Shown: piece after piece, positions 59,072 to 64,000 of the stretch | Numbering within the stretch: position 1 is the stretch's first letter | Layout of the letters: every line of letters starts with the position of its first letter | Assembly (NCBI GenBank): GCA_964016885.1 | Contig: CAXHJY010001125.1 | Coordinates: forward strand, 62,001-126,000 | Length of the DNA stretch: 64,000 nucleotides | Direction of reading: 5' to 3' | Source of the DNA: Eledone cirrhosa | Lineage: Eukaryota | Notes under the pieces: model-generated | What the model was told of the DNA's origin: nothing | What the model saw: the letters and a program-made list of their open reading frames with translations, nothing else | The model's database searches: none | Position numbers and translations under genes: made by a program

Positions 59072-59667
59072 GTCTGTCAACAGACCTACTGAGACCTGGT
59101 CAGTCAACAGACCTGGTCAGTCAACAGACCTAGCCAGTCAACAGACCTAGCCTGTCAACAGACCTAGTCTGTCAACAGACCTAGTCTGTCAACAGACCTA
59201 GTCAGTCAACAGACCTAGTCAGTCAACAGACCTAGTCAGTCAACAGACCTAGTCTGTCAACAGACCTAGTCTGTCAACAGACCTAGTCTGTCAACAGACC
59301 TAGTCTGTCAACAGACCTAGTCTGTCAACAGACCTAGTCAGTCAACAGACCTAGTCTGTCAACAGACCTAGTCTGTCAACAGACCTAGTCAGTCAACAGA
59401 CCTAGTCAGTCAACAGACCTAGTCAGTCAACAGACCTAGTCTGTCAACAGACCTAGTCTGTCAACAGACCTAGTCTGTCAACAGACCTAGTCTGTCAACA
59501 GACCTAGTCTGTCAACAGACCTAGTCTGTCAACAGACCTAGTCTGTCAACAGACCTAGTCTGTCAACAGACCTAGTCTGTCAACAGACCTAGTCTGTCAA
59601 CAGACCTAGTCAGTCAACAGACCTAGTCTGTCAACAGACCTAGTCAGTCAACAGACCTAGTCAGTCA
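59072..59667. repeat. 17-bp minisatellite, about 34 copies
   Basis: gtcaacagacctagtc(t/a). Confidence 0.96.
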
Positions 59668-60287
59668 TCTGTGACCGACTTAGACAACCATATGACTAAC
59701 AATAGCGTTGAGTCATTCAAGAAATACTTCTAATTATTACCAACTTATTATAATTAGTGCAGCCACGACTGCAGCAAGTTACACACTCACATGCATTACT
59801 GCATATTTCAGCGTTTCATTGTAATTTCCTTCAAACCTGACCAGGCTTGAATTTTGCTTATCAAATCGATAAGATAAACAATAGAAAGAACCTAGATCGA
59901 TTTAGCCAATCAATTATATTTCCTTACAGGTAATATATTTTACCTAGTGAAAGGAAATCAAATGTGAATTTCTTAGAGGGTGATGGGTATGGCTGGAAAG
60001 GTGGAGAGTGGTTATTGCGGTTGTTGTTATTGTTGTTACTGTTGCTGCTGCTGCTGTTGTTACTGGTGTTCTTCCTGTTCTTCCTGTTGTTCTTCCTATT
60101 GTTGTTACTGTTGTTGCTGTGGTTACTGTTTTGTTGTTGCTGCTGTTGTTGCTGTTGTTGTTAAAATTATGGTCCTTATATATACTCGTGGTTAATAGAT
60201 TCTCATTATTCTGTAACAGCAGAAAATATCTAAAAATAGGTTTGTAAATTGAAATGTTTAATGCGGTTTAATAATATTACTATTTGG

Positions 60288-60590
60288 TACTAAATGTTTA
60301 TAGTATCTTTACTGGTGAACAGATCGTTGTGAAAATTTGCAGTATTACAATAAAGACTTTAATATTTAATGTGATGTAGTCATACTGTTGTTTTGTACTA
60401 AATGTTTATAGTATCTTTACTGGTGAACAGATCGTTGTGAAAATTTGCAGTATTACAATAAAGACTTTAATATTTAATGTGATGTAGTCATACTGTTGTT
60501 TTGTACTAAATGTTTATAGTGAACAGATATTTGTGAAAATTTGCAGTTTTAAAGTAAAGACTTTAGTTGTTAATGCGATAGAGTCATGTC
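60288..60590. repeat. 108-bp tandem repeat, about 2.8 copies
   Basis: tactaaatgtttatagt at 60288, 60396 and 60504. Confidence 0.9.
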
Positions 60591-60949
60591 ATGGCTTGCT
60601 AATGCGGTTTCATGTGGTATAGGATGCTAAGAGTTAATTTATTAAAACAATACAGTTAGTGTTTCTATCTGATGAGTTATTTTAAAAGCTAATAAAAGCC
60701 GAGTTTCAAGTAGTTTTACAATGTCAGGATAGATTAAGTGGCTGTTGGAGATAATCATTGGATATTTATTAAGTCATTTGTCTGTCTTGTGTGTTTACTT
60801 AAAACACTTTAGATACTTCTAAAATTGTCAGAATTCATTTGAGTGGTGAATATCTATCTGCTCAAGAACTATCTCTCTCTCTATTGGTTTTTGTTGTTGT
60901 TGTTGTTGTTGTGGTTGTTGTTGTTGTTGGGGTGGTTTTGGTGTTGGTA

Positions 60950-61120
60950 CCACTGTTTTTTTCTGTGTGAGCTGGCGACAGGCAGTCCTCAGGTGACCTC
61001 TATTGCCACAGAGGTAACAGGAGGGACGCCTACCCTCCACAATAATGTTGAGGTGGGTACGGTCATCCAGCATGACGCGCTCAGGGATTTGGGCGATACG
61101 TTCTGGCCTTACTTGTGTCA
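60950..61120 (-). pseudogene. Gag/ORF1-like zinc-knuckle fragment of a non-LTR retrotransposon
   Basis: IVEGRRPSCYLCGNRGHLRTAC matches CX2CX4HX4C. Confidence 0.65.
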
Positions 61121-61259
61121 GAACTTCGATACTCGTTCCACTGAACGCGTCGCCGGATGCCTTCCCTATTGTCCTCGTCTAAATGTCGAAATTGAGGAAA
61201 CCGGTTAGTACATGTTTACGTTTATAATTTGCTTATATATATATATATATATATATAAA

Positions 61260-61428
61260 TAGGAAAAGAGTCAGGACCCCAGCGGCTGAGCTCCGGCCGG
61301 TTCGACAGCTAGGTCGGAGCTCAGCCGTCGGGGTCCTGACTCTTTTCCTATTACCCACTCTACTACCCAGTATCGAGTACTTTGGTGCGTTATGGTCCAC
61401 CTGGTTACTTACTACAAGTCCTTCGTTA
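61260..61428 (+). mobile_element. Family C fold-back element in (TA)n
   Basis: TAGGAAAAGAGTCAGGACCCC...GGGGTCCTGACTCTTTTCCTA plus tail. Confidence 0.82.
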
Positions 61429-61699
61429 TATATATATATTGCCGAGTACGGGAATAATTGAAGGGACCCATTTACGTGCGTTGTATTGCAGCGAATGACT
61501 GTGCATACTCTGGGAGTTTATTTAACATTACCTATTGAGTACCCTGCTGAGATGTAACTGGTCCTAACAGTGAAACCCATGTCAATTCCGTCAACTCATT
61601 TATATATTTATATATACTTCAAGTTAAACTTGTTTAATCTCCTTTTCCTTGGACGCCTTCTCACTTCAGTAGTAATAGTAGTAGTAGTAGTAGTAGTAG

Positions 61700-61841
<142 letters not shown>

Positions 61842-61952
61842 TGCGCGCGCGTGCGTGCGTGCGTGCGTGTCTCACCACCTAAAAGTACACGTAAAATAGT
61901 TCTTAATAATTAATGCGTCATTCGATCGATAACCATCGGGACCTTTGTCTTC

Positions 61953-62009
<57 letters not shown>

Positions 62010-62013
<4 letters not shown>

Positions 62014-62606
62014 AAAAAGTATGACCCCGACGGCAGAGCTCAAGCCGTTTCGACGGTCTATGTCAAACTGGATGAATTTTGTGTCTCGTTTGTCCTCCAT
62101 ATTCCTGAACCAAGGGCGCTGACCCATAGGCTAAGTCTCGCGTTTTGCTTAACTTTTGGTATAACGCGGTCTAGGATCTTTTTACTGATTCTCCCTATGT
62201 CCGACTTCGTTGGGTTTATAAGCCTAATAAACGAGGTCGGATTTGTGGTCCTTCAGTGTGAAGTAGGGAGTCCGTGGGTCTAGGGGTTCAGTGCGGTCGG
62301 CGACCCCGAGGCTAGAGGTAATTTGTTGTCCATCTCGATTTATGTCCTCGATAATTGAATGGTTAGCCTTTTTATAGGTGGAGTTTAGGCTGCTTCTGAT
62401 CAGTGTGTGGCATCTGTCAGGGTTGACGAAGTAGAGGTTTCCAGATTTGTCCGAGTGCCCCATGATGTCGTTGGTGTTTTCATACTCTGTTATTTTGCTA
62501 CGGAGTTTTTGTAGGAATCTGTTGTGTCTGGGTTTGAACTTAATGCTCTTGACCGGGTGGAAAAGGTCGTTCTCGAAGGGTGAGAGCATAGGGTTCAGAG
62601 GGGGAG

Positions 62607-62609
<3 letters not shown>
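62010..62609 (-). mobile_element. Penelope-like element RT fragment (frameshifted) fused to a family C terminal repeat
   Basis: FENDL, SDKSGNLY, TYKKA, YFTLKDHK, RLINPTKSDIGRISKKILDR and WF..FIQFDI over three frames, followed in the same sense by CCGTCGAAACGGCTTGAGCTCTGCCGTCGGGGTC; TA tracts on both sides. Confidence 0.8.
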
Positions 62610-62643
<34 letters not shown>

Positions 62644-62674
62644 AAACAAAAGTAGCTATATATATATATATATA

Positions 62675-62940
62675 TCTGTCGTCCATTGCCGTTGCCAAAT
62701 CCTGGATTTCAATACCAAAATCTCTGGTTGATGACATTGGGATAGGAGAGCTTGCGCCCCCTGTTATTAATGACTGCTTGTGGTTTCCAAAGAACTAATG
62801 GTGCCACAGCGTCATAGGTGGCATGATGGCAGTGGCCAGCAAATCTTACTCTCCTTTTACGTATAACGACAGATATGCGTGGGAGGCCGGCATATATCTC
62901 TTTCAAAGTCAGATGTCGCCAGCTTATGTACACATTATTG
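62675..62940 (-). mobile_element. RTE-group LINE 3' fragment
   Basis: ISWRHLTLKEIYAGLPRISVVIRKRRVRFAGHC, LVLWKP, RGRKLSYP. Confidence 0.75.
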
Positions 62941-63192
62941 GATGGTCGTTGACTCTTCTCACTAACTGCGCCCTCTGACGGCTTTTGTTTGTCATCTCGC
63001 AGGATGTCCAAAAGTGATCCTATTTAAGCAAGCTTGGTGGTTTAGTCACCAACGACCATGTGACAGGTTCCATCTCAAGAACGCAACACACAACGCAGGA
63101 ATCGAACCCATGACATTATGATCGTAAATCGAACACCCATACCACTAGGCCACGTGCCTCCACACAAGACTTTATATACACATATCTTTCTA

Positions 63193-63870
63193 TCTAGGGC
63201 GGGTAAAATTCCCGAGATCCATGGACGAGTTCTCTCCAGGATGAGAGACAAGTTCTCCCTCATAATCGCTGCCATATTCTGCGCCTCCAAGAGACCAGTG
63301 TCTGTCCTTAGGGCATCAACATATGTCAACCTCGGTCTTCCTCTTCCAGTGTGTCCATGCAGGGGCTCCCACAGGAGCACTGAGTGCAGTGTCAACTCTG
63401 GATATCGGTGATTCTGTGGACCGTCACTGCCTGATGAAGATCTTACAGGCTTATGGAATCCCCAAGAAGATAGTGGACCTGATATCACTGCTCTAGACCA
63501 ACACCAAAGCCCAAGTCATTACACCTGATGGGATGACGGAGTTCTTTGAGATACTGGCTGGAGTGCTCCAGGGAGACACATCGGCTCCCTAGCTTTTTAT
63601 CATCGCAGTGGACTATTGTATGTGCCTTGCGCTGGAGAAACACCAGGACTCTGGCTTTACTGTAACACTTGGCTCAGAGCAGAAGAGTTAAGGTGAAAAA
63701 GATATCGGATGCTGAATTTGCCGACGACATAGTTCTGGTGACAAACACAGTGAAAGAGGCAGAGAAGTTGATGTAGGAGGTGGAGACTGTGTCGATGAGT
63801 GTGGGGTTGAGAATGAATGAGATTGAAACGAAGTATCTGCTAGAGAATATTAAGAAGCCAGAGAAAATAT
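63193..63870. mobile_element. RTE-group LINE remnant: 3' end on minus strand (63193-63420), RT core on plus strand (63431-63870)
   Basis: Minus: LLWEPLHGHTGRGRPRLTYVDALRTDTG. Plus: LMKILQAYGIP, GVLQGDT.AP, EFADDIVL, VGLRMN..TKYL, with stops. Confidence 0.85.
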
Positions 63871-63938
<68 letters not shown>

Positions 63939-64000
63939 CAGGTGCGTTTTGTTTTTTTATTATTTGGTCAAATGTTTTTATTACTTGGTCAAATGTTTGG

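Noticed and set aside
63431-63440. CTGATGAAG as a hammerhead core
   Set aside because: It encodes LMK in the LINE RT frame, and no stem II or GAAA follows.

Overview
Repeat-saturated, AT-rich eukaryotic DNA with no confidently identifiable cellular gene. The SINE, MITE and LINE repertoire and the (TA)n density resemble an octopus or other coleoid cephalopod genome (inference). Almost all long ORFs in the supplied track are microsatellite artefacts. The real content is: an 11,750-bp array of 250 in-phase 47-bp units (30409-42158); about ten other minisatellites, several grown from transposon ends; about 20 copies of one tRNA-derived SINE; CR1-, RTE- and L1/Tx1-like LINE remnants; a decayed hAT transposase; and piggyBac-, Tc2-, Tc1/mariner- and hAT-type MITEs. 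The most interesting signal is a set of at least six families of short elements in or next to (TA)n tracts. They carry hammerhead-ribozyme cores or relics, and several show fold-back (inverted arm plus single-copy tail) geometry. One copy is fused to a Penelope-like reverse transcriptase fragment (62010-62609). A further element with the same geometry carries a tRNA-like 3' half instead. This reads as a microsatellite-targeting Penelope-like/hammerhead retro-system with passengers. All coordinates and family names were assigned by eye, without database searches.
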